From assembly GCF_902713615.1 (NCBI RefSeq), contig NC_052164.1:105352989-105416988 (forward strand): a stretch of DNA of 64,000 nt. Reading direction: 5' to 3'. The notes under the pieces were generated by a model. That model saw only the letters and a program-made list of their open reading frames with translations. It made no database searches and was not told the DNA's origin. The position numbers and the translations under genes are program-made. Positions 23,536 through 36,100 of this stretch are shown here, one piece after another (positions within the stretch are counted from its first letter, which is position 1; every line of letters begins with the position of its first letter). This DNA comes from Scyliorhinus canicula (Eukaryota).

Positions 23536-23963
23536 CAGTACTAACAATTAAATAAAACATCACAGGTTTTTCTTTAAAAGCATGATTTCAATTCGAATTA
23601 ACAGATCAAAAATAAGAACTTCAAGTTGTTTTAGACCAAAGATGCTATCTGGGGAAAAAGTCAGTATTCAGCACAGAGACATGAAGATGCAGATATCGCA
23701 CCAGGTCATCCAGAAATCCAGGAGCAATCTCCAAATGCCATAGGATATCAGCTGTTTGATAAAGTTAATCAGAGGAACAACACCGTGGAGTTTAAAAACA
23801 TATCAGATAAGAAAAATAGAGAATGTTTTACTCAGCAAAACGGGGTGTATAAGCCACACAATAGGGATATTGCCCGTTACCTTTGGTTACTGTGCATTTG
23901 TAACATTATAAACACCTAAATAACGACATAATATTCACCAATCTTCAGCATAAAAACTGAGCA

Positions 23964-24134
23964 TTATCTTGCATCATTCAGCTGCCTCGCAACAGTCAGG
24001 ATTTCCTTGGCACCTTTGCCAATTAGTAGATTAGCCAAGTGCATCCCTAACTTTTCAGCTGCTGTCTGGGAAGAGCGAAGTATCTTCTTTGCTGTGATCC
24101 CAACATGCTGAACATCATCACTGCAATCTTCATC
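23964..24134 (-). CDS. HMBS: HMBS last coding exon ([15 protein letters not shown]...VARQLNDAR*)
   Basis: cacag| acceptor; TAA at 23966-23964. Confidence 0.95.
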   Translation of the reverse strand, partial: DEDCSDDVQHVGITAKKILRSSQTAAEKLGMHLANLLIGKGAKEILTVARQLNDAR

Positions 24135-27100
24135 CTGTGAGGAAGACAGACATCGCCAATTTTATTCTGCAAAGTTTGAAACATTTTTAGAATGAAATTT
24201 GTAAGAAGGTGATGAATGGGGGCAAGTTCACAGGATAAGAATGCAGGAACATTAAATTGCTAAACCCAAATTAAAGGCAATTCTGGCTCAGTGACACACT
24301 CTCCTGAACCAAAGGGTTGTGGGTTCGAGCGTCACTCCAGGACATCAGTCTAGAAGCCAGGCTGGAACTGCTGATGGTGAAACGTTAAACTGAGTTTCTG
24401 ATATCTGTTTAGATGAATTATTCAAGTGTCCTGACCAATATTCCTCTTTCAAACAACATCACCTAAAAAGGTCAATATGTCACAGCGGCCGTGTCACAGC
24501 GGGATCCCAGAGACGCTGTGTCACAGCGGGATCCCAGAGACGCTGTGTCACAGCGGGATCCCAGAGACGCTGTGTCACAGCGGGATCCCAGAGACGCTGT
24601 GTCACAGCGGGATCCCAGAGACGCTGTGTCACAGCGGGGCGCCAGAGACGGCTGTGTCACAGCGGGATCCCAGAGACGGCCGTGTCACAGCGGGGCGCCA
24701 GAGACGGCCGTGTCACAGCGGGATCCCAGAGACGGCCGTGTCACAGCGGGACCCCAGAGACGGCCGTGTCACAGCGGGACCCCAGAGACGGCCGTGTCAC
24801 AGCGGGATCCCAGAGACGGCCGTGTCACAGCGGGATCCCAGAGACGGCCGTGCCACAGCGGGACCCCAGAGACGGCCGTGCCACAGCGGGACCCCAGAGA
24901 CGGCCGTGTCACAGCGGGATCCCAGAGACGGCCGTGTCACAGCGGGACCCCAGAGGCGCTGTGTCACAGCGGGACCCCAGAGACGGCCGTGCCACAGCGG
25001 GACCCCAGAGACGGCCGTGCCACCTCGGGACCCCAGAGACGGCCGTGTCACAGCGGGATCCCAGAGACGGCCGTGCCACAGCGGGATCCCAGAGACGCTG
25101 GGTCACAGCAGGACCCCAGAGACGGCCGTGCCACCTCGGGACCCCAGAGACGGCCGTGTCACAGCGGGACCCCAGAGACGCTGGGTCACAGCGGGATCCC
25201 AGAGACGGCCGTGCCACAGCGGGACCCCAGAGACGGCCGTGCCACCTCGGGACCCCAGAGACGGCCGTGTCACAGCGGGATCCCAGAGACGGCCGTGTCA
25301 CAGCGGGACCCCAGAGACGCTGTGTCACAGCGGGACCCCAGAGACGCTGTGCCACAGCGGGACCCCAGAGACGGTCGTGCCACCTCGGGACCCCAGAGGC
25401 GCTGTGTCACAGCGGGATCCCAGAGACGGTCGTGTCACAGCGGGACCCCAGAGACGCTGTGTCACAGCGGGATCCCAGAGACGGCCGTGCCACAGCGGGA
25501 CCCCAGAGACGCTGTGTCACAGCGGGACCCCAGAGACGGTCGTGCCACCTCGGGACCCCAGAGGCGCTGTGTCACAGCGGGATCCCAGAGACGGCCGTGT
25601 CACAGCGGGACCCCAGAGACGCTGGGTCACAGCGGGATCCCAGAGGCGCTGGGTCACAGCGGGATCCCAGAGGCGCTGGGTCACAGCGGGATCCCAGAGA
25701 CGGTCGTGCCACCTCGGGACCCCAGAGGCGCTGTGTCACAGCGGGATCCCAGAGACGGTCGTGTCACAGCGGGACCCCAGAGACGCTGTGTCACAGCGGG
25801 ATCCCAGAGACGGCCGTGCCACAGCGGGACCCCAGAGACGCTGTGTCACAGCGGGACCCCAGAGACGGTCGTGCCACCTCGGGACCCCAGAGGCGCTGTG
25901 TCACAGCGGGACCCCAGAGACGGCCGTGTCACAGCGGGACCCCAGAGACGCTGGGTCACAGCGGGATCCCAGAGGCGCTGGGTCACAGCGGGATCCCAGA
26001 GACGGTCGTGCCACCTCGGGACCCCAGAGGCGCTGTGTCACAGCGGGATCCCAGAGACGGTCGTGTCACAGCGGGACCCCAGAGACGCTGGGTCACAGCG
26101 GGATCCCAGAGACGGTCGTGTCACAGCGGGACCCCAGAGGCGCTGTGTCACAGCGGGATCCCAGAGGCGCTGGGTCACAGCGGGATCCCAGAGGCGCTGG
26201 GTCACAGCGGGATCCCAGAGGCGCTGGGTCACAGCGGGATCCCAGAGGCGCTGGGTCACAGCGGGATCCCAGAGACGGCCGTGTCACAGCGGGACCCCAG
26301 AGACGGCCGTGTCACAGCGGGATCCCAGAGGCAGCCGTGCCACCTCGGGACCCCAGAGACGCTGGGTCACAGCGGGATCCCAGAGACGGCCGTGCCACCT
26401 CGGGACCCCAGAGACGGCCGTGCCACAGCGGGATCCCAGAGACGGCCGTGCCACCTCGGGACCCCAGAGACGGCCGTGCCACCTCGGGACCCCAGAGACG
26501 GCCGTGCCACAGCGGGATCCCAGAGACGGCCGTGCCACCTCGGGATCCCAGAGACGGCCGTGCCACAGCGGGGCGCCAGAGGCAGCCGTGTCACAGCGGG
26601 ACCCCAGAGACGGCCGTGCCACAGCGGGATCCCAGAGACGGCCGTGTCACAGCGGGATCCCAGAGACGGCCGTGTCACAGCGGGATCCCAGAGACGGCCG
26701 TGCCACAGCGGGACCCCAGAGACGCTGTGTCACAGCGGGACCCCAGAGACGGCCGTGCCACCTCGGGACCCCAGAGACGCTGGGTCACAGCGGGATCCCA
26801 GAGACGGCCGTGTCACAGCGGGATCCCAGAGACGCTGTGTCACAGCGGGACCCCAGAGGCAGCCGTGCCACCTCGGGACCCCAGAGGCGCTGTGTCACAG
26901 CGGGGCGCCAGAGGCAGCCGTGCCACCGCGGCCGTGTCACAGTGGGAACACCAGAGACGGCCGTGTCACAGTGGGGCGCCAGAGACGGCCGTGTCACAGT
27001 GGGGCGCCAGAGACGGCCGTGTCACAGCGGGATCCCAGAGACGGCCGTGTCACAGTGGGACGCCAGAGGCGCTGGGTCACTGCGGGATAGCGGGACGCCA

Positions 27101-30100
27101 GAGGCAGCCGTGTCACAGCGGGATCCCAGAGGCAGCCGTGTCACAGCGGGACCCCAGAGACGGCCGTGTCACAGCGGGGCACCAGAGACGGCCGTGTCAC
27201 AGTGGGGCGCCAGAGACGGCCGTGTCACAGCGGGATCCCAGAGGCAGCCGTGCCACCGCGGGAACACCAGAGGCAGCCGTGTCACAGCGGGAACACCAGA
27301 GGCAGCCGTGTCACAGTGGGGCGCCAGAGACGGCCGTGTCACCGCGGGACGCCAGAGGCACTGTGTCACAGTGGGGCGCCAGAGGCAGCCGTGTCACAGC
27401 GGGACGCCAGAGGCAGCCGTGTCACAGTGGGACCCCAGAGACGCTGTGTCACAGCGGGATCCCAGAGGCAGCCGTGTCACAGTGGGACCCCAGAGACGCT
27501 GTGTCACAGCGGGATCCCAGAGGCAGCCGTGTCACAGCGGGATCCCAGAGGCAGCCGTGTCACAGCGGGATCCCAGAGGCACTGTGCCACAGCGGGGTGC
27601 CAGAGGCACTGTGCCACAGCGGGGCGCCAGGGTGCCTTATAAGGGGTTAAAGCCCCTTTTCAAAGTAGTACAATCTAAGCTTTATTGTCTGATTATAATT
27701 AATGCCACGTTATGTGGGAACTAACACTTGCTGTACCTAACCTGGGAAATACAAATGAGCTGAAGGCTGCAGTGGGACACAAGGATTCCTCAGAATGCAC
27801 ATTAGTCAAACACTGCCTCAGTTTTCACCACAGAACGTTCCTCCATTATTGCTGAGTTCACTAACATAACTGACGGTAAGGTGCAATGTGACATCAGATC
27901 TGATGTATTGACAGGGACCGGCCCCTCAGATTTCCCGGTTTCAAATGGCTCATTCCATTATTGCCCCTCTTGCAGTTGCAGCGGAGATCAGTGAACTCAA
28001 AGACAGTCTGTTGCTTCATTCAGGGAATGCATGGCCACCTGGCAGCCTTGTTGCTTCATTCAGGGAATGCAATGGCCACCTGGCAGCCTTGTTGCTTCAT
28101 TCAGGGAATGCATGGCCACCTGGCAGCCTTGTTGCTTCATTCAGGGAATGCATGGCCACCTGGCAGCCTAGTTGCTTCATTCAGGGAATGTAATGGCCAC
28201 CTGGCAGCCTTGTTGCTTCATTCAGGGAATGCAATGGCCACCTGGCAGCCTTGTTGCTTCATTCAGGGAATGCAATGGCCACCTGGCAGCCTTGTTGCTT
28301 CATTCAGGGAATGCAATGGCCACCTGGCAGCCTTGTTGCTTCATTCAGGGAATGCAATGGCCACCTGGCAGCCTTGTTGCTTCATTCAGGGAATGCAATG
28401 GCCACCTGGCAGCCTTGTTGCTTCATTCAGGGAATGCAATGGCCACCTGGCAGCCTTGAGGTTTGAAATAGTGGGCACTGTGATGTCAAAGAAAAATCTT
28501 CATTTCCGTAGTGTCGACCGTGACCTCAGGACCACTCTCTCTTGCGATCGAGTTTTTCCACTACCCAAGTACTTATAGAATCATAGAATTTACAGTGCAG
28601 AAGGAGGCCATTCGGCCCATCAAGCCTGCACCAGCCATGGAAATAGCAGCCTACTTAAGCCCACACCTCCACCTCAGCCCCGTAACCCAGTAAACCCGCC
28701 TAATGTTTTGGACACTAAGGGCAATTTAACATGGCCATTCCACCTAGCCTGCACATCTTTGGACTGTGAGAACCTGGAGGAAACCCACGCAGACACGGGG
28801 AGAAAGTGCAGACTCTGCACAGACAGTCACCCGAGGCTGGAATTGAACCCGGGTCCTTGGAGCTGTGAAGCAACTGTGCTAACCACTGTGTTGTATTCTG
28901 TTGGAATGAGGAAACACAGCAGGTTTTGTACCCAGCAAGTCTCTAGCAACAAGATAAATGAGAAGAGAATCTGATTTTCGATGGAAATTGGCCCATGTCC
29001 ACCTGGATTGTGGATGTACCTGGGTTTGAGTCGATACACTTGTTTGCATAGTATCTTTCAAGCTGTCAGATCCATCGAGACTGAACACGGCTCCTGTGAG
29101 GTATAGCTACAAGTGAAAGATTCAGAAAATTAACATGTAAATGTGAAGAAACAAAAATGCAGAGAGGCCAGTGATAACATCAAAAGCAGCATTACCTGAT
29201 TTTCCTTAATGACACTGTGAACAGCAACTGGCACACTGCAGCCTCCCTCCTAGAAAACACGGAAGACAGTCCGTGAAGTCGATTGGTTTTATTGTAACGT
29301 CCCACCTCTCAGCCATAACAGAATGGAGATTAGACCAATCATCGAGTGGGAGTCAGAGTTTTACAACAGAAAATGCCCCTTTGGCCCATCAAGTCTACCC
29401 TGCCCATCAAGCACCTATCTGTTCGAATCCCATTTCCAGCACTTGGCCGTAGCTTTGTCTGCTGTGGCATTTTAAGTGCTCATTACAATAATCATCTAAA
29501 GTGAGAACAAACACAAAAACGCTGAACCAGCCGAAAGTTTCCAGCTTCAATCCAAGCCTGTAGCTTTAGCTGATGTCTGGAAGCAGTCTCACAGCACAGG
29601 GTGCAAGGGCAGTGGGGAAATCAGCCGGTCTGCAGTGACTCACTACAATGTGAATAGACGGTGTGTGTTAACTAATACACCAGCCACCTCCCTCCACCCA
29701 ATGGCCACCTCATCAGGGTCGGGGAACAAGCATCATGGTTCTGTTACTGCTCTGAGTACAAAGGACAGAGGTTCAAATCCCATTGAGACAGCATGAGAAC
29801 GTAAATAGTTTTCAAAATCTGGAAGAGAAAGCAGGCAGTGAGAGTGAGCGTGAAGCTGCTGCATTGTTGTAAAATCCCAATTGGTTTCCTCATGTCCTTT
29901 CGGAAGGAATCCTGCCACCCTGACTTACTCCCTGGTCTATCAGACAACTCCAGGCCAACACCAATGTGCTTAACTCTGAAATGTCACTCAGTCATCACAA
30001 ACCGCTACTGAAAGCAGTTCACAGGCTGCAACAGCTGGTCTGCCCCCATGGTGAGCACACAGCTATGGTATCGAGAGTCAGAGGATTAAACAAGAACGAT

Positions 30101-33100
30101 TTACCTTCTGCTCAGCCCAACAACAAATACTGCCAAACGCTGCAAATACAGAGAGGTTAGCATTTTGGTGCAAGGGCTGTGATATGTTAACTTGCACTAC
30201 TTCCCAGAACCAGAATAGGATTTCCCTTGTCCTCACTGTCCATCCCACCAACCTCCAGTCAGGTTTATCAAAGCATCAGGACACTTCTTCCAGGTGAAGC
30301 AGTGATTTACTTTCGCTTCTTTCAATCTAGTCTATTGTATTCACTGCTCGTAACGCATTCAGCCTTTCGAGTCTGTTCCACCATTCATCATGATCATGGC
30401 TGATCATCCAACTCAACAGCTTTCCCCGTATCCTCTGATCCTCTTCGCCCTCAGTGCTTCTTGAAACAATACAATGTTTTGGACTCAACCACTTCCTGTG
30501 GGAACGAATTCCACAGGACGACCACTCTCTGAGTGAAGAGATTTCTCCTCATCAGTCCTAAATGGTCTACCCCGTATCCTCAGACTGTGACCAAAGGGTC
30601 TGGGTCCACTCCCTCCTCCATTATCCTGGCTAAGACCGTGAACACTCCCGCCCAGAACCTTCCCAATTTTTCACAACCCCAAAACATGGGGTTCGCTGGC
30701 CCTCGCCCACACTCATCTGCTACCCCCCGAAAGAACCCACTCATTCTGGCCCGAGTCATATGACCCTGTGCACCACCTTAAACTGTATCAGGCTCATCCT
30801 TGCACAAGAGGAGGTCCCGTTTAGCCTTTGCAGTGCCTCACTCCATACTCCCCAATTGATCTCCATTCCCAACTCCGCTTCCCATTTCTCCTTGATCTTC
30901 ACCACCCGCTCCTCCCTTCTTTTAGCAACAGCAGAAAACCAACAACATTTCTACTTCTCATCAGTTGTGAAGTCATGTGGACTTGAAACGTAAACTTTAA
31001 TTTTTCCTGCACCGATGCTGCCAGACCTGCTGATTTTTAGCATGTTGTTTTTATTATGTTAGTCGGTCTCTCTTTCAGGTGTTGACCGACTTCCAGAAAG
31101 TTTTGAGCATTTTATGATTTGATATCCAATCACCACTAACAGCCCTATCGACAGCTAAACGTACAGCCCAACTTGGCAGGTTCCAAAGCTGGAAGCTGCT
31201 CATTTGCAGGAAATTATTGATGAATTGATTTTTAATTGTACCAGGTGCTTCATGAAGGCACGCTCAGCAATGCAGCGCAGGACTGTTCCTGTGTCGTTCA
31301 GAGTAGATACCATGTCCAGTACAGTAGTGTCATTCACTCTCACTTCTACACCCAGGGCACCCTGAAACCAAATAGCAACACATTAAACAAGTATTAAAAC
31401 TGCACATACACAATCCAGGCAAATAGATTTCACATCTGTAATATCCACCACAATACAGTAGTCCCCCGTTATACCGCGCTCCGCAATATACGGCGATATA
31501 CGGCGGGGGGGCTTATGGACCCCAACTGTCAGCTTCCCTCTCCGGATCAAAGTGAGCCGGCCGCTGAAGTTGACACTGCCGGCTGATTGGAGGGAGATTC
31601 AGTGAGAGAGGAGCCGCTCACACAGCGTCCGGAAGTGGATAGTGCAGAGCTACAGCTGCCTCACTCCTGCACAGCAGACAGGTTCTTTAAACCGGTGGCG
31701 GTCAGAACATATTTTTGAAAGGCAATCCTTTCCTCCAGTTTGGTGAAACCCACCAGAGTTCCTGGTAAGTTTCTGTGGATTTCCCTCTGGAATAACTCCC
31801 AGCCTCATTCTGTGGCAATCAGAGAGCTTGTTTTAATTAGATCCACGATGGGGGTTTTAAATTTATTTAAAAATCTATGCTAGCGCTTCCCATTGTGAGT
31901 CTACGGGGGTCTGACCTCTCCCCCCGCCCCCCGTAGACTCACAATGGGAAGCGCTAGCATAGATTTTAAAATAAATTTAAAACCCCCATCGTGGATATCC
32001 GCGGCTCGGATGCAACGCGGGTGGCTGTCTTGGACCCCAACACCCGCGTTATAACGGGGGACTACTGTAGAACCATAGAAATTAGACACTCAACAATAAG
32101 AGAATCAGGGACTTCCGATTGCGGCTATGCGGAGCTAAGCCGCACGTTCGGCAGCTCCCGCTTTAATAGGACTTGTGGGCTCTTTTGAGGGCCCCAAACG
32201 GCGCTGATTCGACGATTCTCGGTGGATAAAGGGGTCTGGAGCAAAACCCCCCGGGATTTATGGTGCGGACTCGGAGTGGGGCGAGGAGAAAAACGGCAGC
32301 AGCTCCCCTGGAAAAGCGGGGGAAGGTGGACAAAATGGCGGCCGGTGGAGCCCCTGAGGAGTGGAGGCAGTGGGCTGAGGAGCAGCAGGCGGCCCTTCTG
32401 CGCTATTTCACGGAGCTGAAAGGGGAGTTGTTGAAATCCGTGAAGGTGACGACTAGTAAGCTGCTGGAGACCCAGACAACCCAGGGTGCAGCGATACTTG
32501 AGTTGCAGCAGCAGGCCTCTGAGCGCGAGGAGGAGGTTTCGGCCCTCGTGGGGAAGGTGGAGATACACGGGGCGCTTCATAAAAAGTGGCAAGATCGGTT
32601 CGAGGAGATGGAGCTTCGGTCACGGAGGAAGAACCTGCGGATCCTGGGCCTCGAGGAGGGGCTGGAGGGGTCGGACCTGCCGGCCTATGTGGCCGTGATG
32701 CTGAACTCGCTGGTGGGGGCAGGGATCCTTCCATTTGCCCCTGGAGCTGGAGGGGGCCCACAGAGTCCTGGCCAGGCGGCCTAAGGTGAATGAACCCCCG
32801 CGGGCGGTGCTGGTGCGGTTCCATCGGTTCAGTGACCGGGAGTGTGTGCTGCGATGGGCCAAGAAGGTGAGGAGTAGCAAGTGGGAGAATTCGGTAGTGA
32901 GGATCTACCAGGACTGGAGTGCGGAGGTGGCTAAGCGGAGAGCCGGGTTCAACTGGACGAAGGCGGTGCTCCACGGAAAGCAGGTGAAGTTCGGCATGCT
33001 GCCGCCTGCGGGTCACCTACAAGGGCCGGCATCACTACTTTGAGTCCCCGGAGGAAGCGTGGGCCTTTGTGCAGGCTGAAAAGTTGGACTCCAACTAGAG

Positions 33101-36100
33101 ATAGGTGGATTGGCCACGCTAAATTGCCCCTTAATTGGAAAAAATAATTGGGTACTCTAAATTTATTTTAAAAAAGGGATGAGCAATGATCTGGTTTTAC
33201 CGACAACAGCAACATCCCAGGAATGACTAACAGCCTGGTTTTTCTCTTCCCAGGTACAGGTTAAGTTGCTGTGTATAATCCAGCATTCTGGACTCTAGAC
33301 TCGAATTACCCGCCATGATGTGTACAGGTAGATGATGGGAGTTTGTGTCATGGCTGCGGGGCGTGTGTTATGGGACATAACCATCATCTTCAATCACCAA
33401 TTGTGCAGCAGTGTGGTAGAATTTACTTTACCTGGCCCACAGCATACATACAATCTTCAGGCTCTAGAATCTGCAAGAAAAAGAGATTATTGCAGTTTTG
33501 TGCCAAAGGAGCAATTTAACAGTATCTCATTTGTCAGTATCCCACTAAACAGAAAATGAAACACTAATAACAGAAACAGCTCAGCAATATCTCTGCACAC
33601 TGCAAGCATTGCTCCAGAATCAGAACCAGACCTCCAACTGTCAAGAATTAGAAAGGCTAACATTCTGAGGAAGCTCTCCTTACACAGCATAGGTCTGTGT
33701 GGAAAGAATTGGCTGCTCATTAGGGTGACTCCATTCAAGAACCCAAACCAGAACTAAACCTTGTAATTCACCCATTGGAAGCATCTCGCAGTTTCCTGAA
33801 TGATTTCACTGCTCTATTGAGATTCTGGATCAGGCCTCAATGTGTCTGCACGCAGAATCTCAGCAGATCCATCTGAATTTACAGTTTAGTAGCATGCACC
33901 CCTTGCCTGTGATGAAGTGATGCTTGGTTACTGTTTATAAACTTGTACTTCCTCTTAGTGTGCTTCAGACTGGGGAGATACCCTGGCTCCAGAGGAGATG
34001 GACTTGTGCATTAGAGTGAATACTATCCACGATGCTACAGATAAAGCCACTGGCCCGAGAAGCTGGAAAGAAGTTAACATATCCAAAGAATAATATGCTA
34101 TTTCTGTTTCTCTCTCCACTGAAGCTGCCAGACCTGCTGAGTATTTACCGCACCTACCGTTTCTCATCAACATTATTTTGCTTTTATTAACAAATCAAGC
34201 TCGATGATTACCAGCAGCTTTATCAGGCTTTCTGAGGTTACAAAATGCAGGTTATTAAAAGCCATACCTGACTGATTCGATTCTCCCATCCCATTCTTCG
34301 CAGGCCAGCTGCAGCCAATACAATAGCACTGTAATCACCTTTCTCATCAAGTTTCTTTAGCCTCGTGTTCAAATTGCCTCGCTGTGATTAAAATTGTTAA
34401 AGAAACAGATGGGGACCAGTAATAAAATACAATTATATTGGGGTCGTCCTCCTGACACAGTCCAATCAGCAACACAAATGCCAGCACAACCTCGCTTCAA
34501 ACCCCGGGCGCGATTCTCTGATCGCGGGACAGAGTGTCCGCGCCGTCGTGCTCCGGCGCAAAACTGGCGCGGGCAGTAGCGATTCTGTCCCCAGGGCGCT
34601 GGAGCGGTTCACGCTGCTCCAGCCTAACTTCCTGGCGCACGCGCAGTGGCGACACGCTGACCCGCGCACGCGCAGTGGCGACACGCTGACCCGCGCACGC
34701 GCAGTGGCGACACTCTGACCCACGCACGCGCAGTGGCGACCCGCTGACCCGCGCAGTGGCGACCCGCTGACCCGCGCAGTGGCGACCCGCTGACCCGCGC
34801 AGTGGCGACACGCTGACCCGCGCACGCGCAGTGGCGACACGCTGACCCGCGCAGTGGCGACACGCTGACCCGCGCACGCGCAGTGGCGACACGCTGACCC
34901 GCGCACGCGCAGTGGCGACACGCTGACCCGCGCAGTGGCGACACGCTGACCCGCGCAGTGGCGACACGCTGACCCGCGCAGTGGCGACACGCTGACCCGC
35001 GCAGTGGCGACACGCTGACCCGCGCAGTGGCGACACGCTGACCCCGCGCAGTGGCGACACGCTGACCCGCGCAGTGGCGACACGCTGACCCGCGCACGCG
35101 CAGTGGCGACACGCTGACCCGCGCAGTGGCGACCCGCTGACCCGCGCACGCGCAGTGGCGACACGCTGACCCGCGCAGTGGCGACCCGCTGACCCGCGCA
35201 CGCGCAGTGGCGACACGCTGACCCGCGCAGTGGCAACCCGCTGACCCGCGCACGCGCAGTGGCGACACGCTGACCCGCGCAGTGGCAACACGCTGACCCG
35301 CGCACGCGCAGTGGCGACACGCTGACCCGCGCAGTGGCGACACGCTGACCCGCGCACGCGCAGTGGCGACACGCTGACCCGCGCACGCGCAGTGGCGACA
35401 CGCTGACCCGCGCACGCGCAGTGGCGACACGCTGACCCGCGCACACGCAGTGGCGACACGCTGACCCGCGCAGTGGCGACCCGCTGACCCGCTGACCCGC
35501 GCACGCGCAGTGGCAACACGCCGACCTGCGCACGCGCAGTGGCGACACGCTGACCCGCGCACGCGCAGTGGCGACCCGCTGACCCGCGCAGTGGCGACAC
35601 GCTGACCCGCGCACGCGCAGTGGCGACCCGCTGACCCGCGCACGCGCAGTGGCAACACGCTGACCCGCGCACGCGCAGTGGCGACACGCTGACCCGCGCA
35701 GTGGCGACCCGCTGACCCGCGCAGTGGCCTTACTGAATGCTCCAGACCCAACACAACATGGTGTGGATGTTCTGGGGCCGGACGCACAACAAAGTAGGCC
35801 CGGGGGGTGGGGAGGGGGGAGAAGAGGCTGGCCTGCCGACTTGTGGGCCCCGATCACAGGCCAGACCCCATCGGAGGCCAAACGTGCCGCCGCAAATCCC
35901 GCCAATTCTCCGCACCTCGCCGTCAGGTCGGCGTGGCGTGGTTGCGGCAATTCTCCGGCTAGGCGCGGGGCTGGGAGAATCGCGCCCCCAAGCTTTCACA
36001 ATTCATCACCTTTAACAAACACCAGCTAGCATTATCAGCCACAAAAGATAGAACATTTGCTTCAAGAAACAACTTTCCTTGGCTGTGGTATTAAACAGGA

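Noticed and set aside
24477-27724. ORFs of 800-1077 aa
   Set aside because: They are translations of a stop-free 27/28-bp minisatellite, open in all three + frames, inside an HMBS intron.
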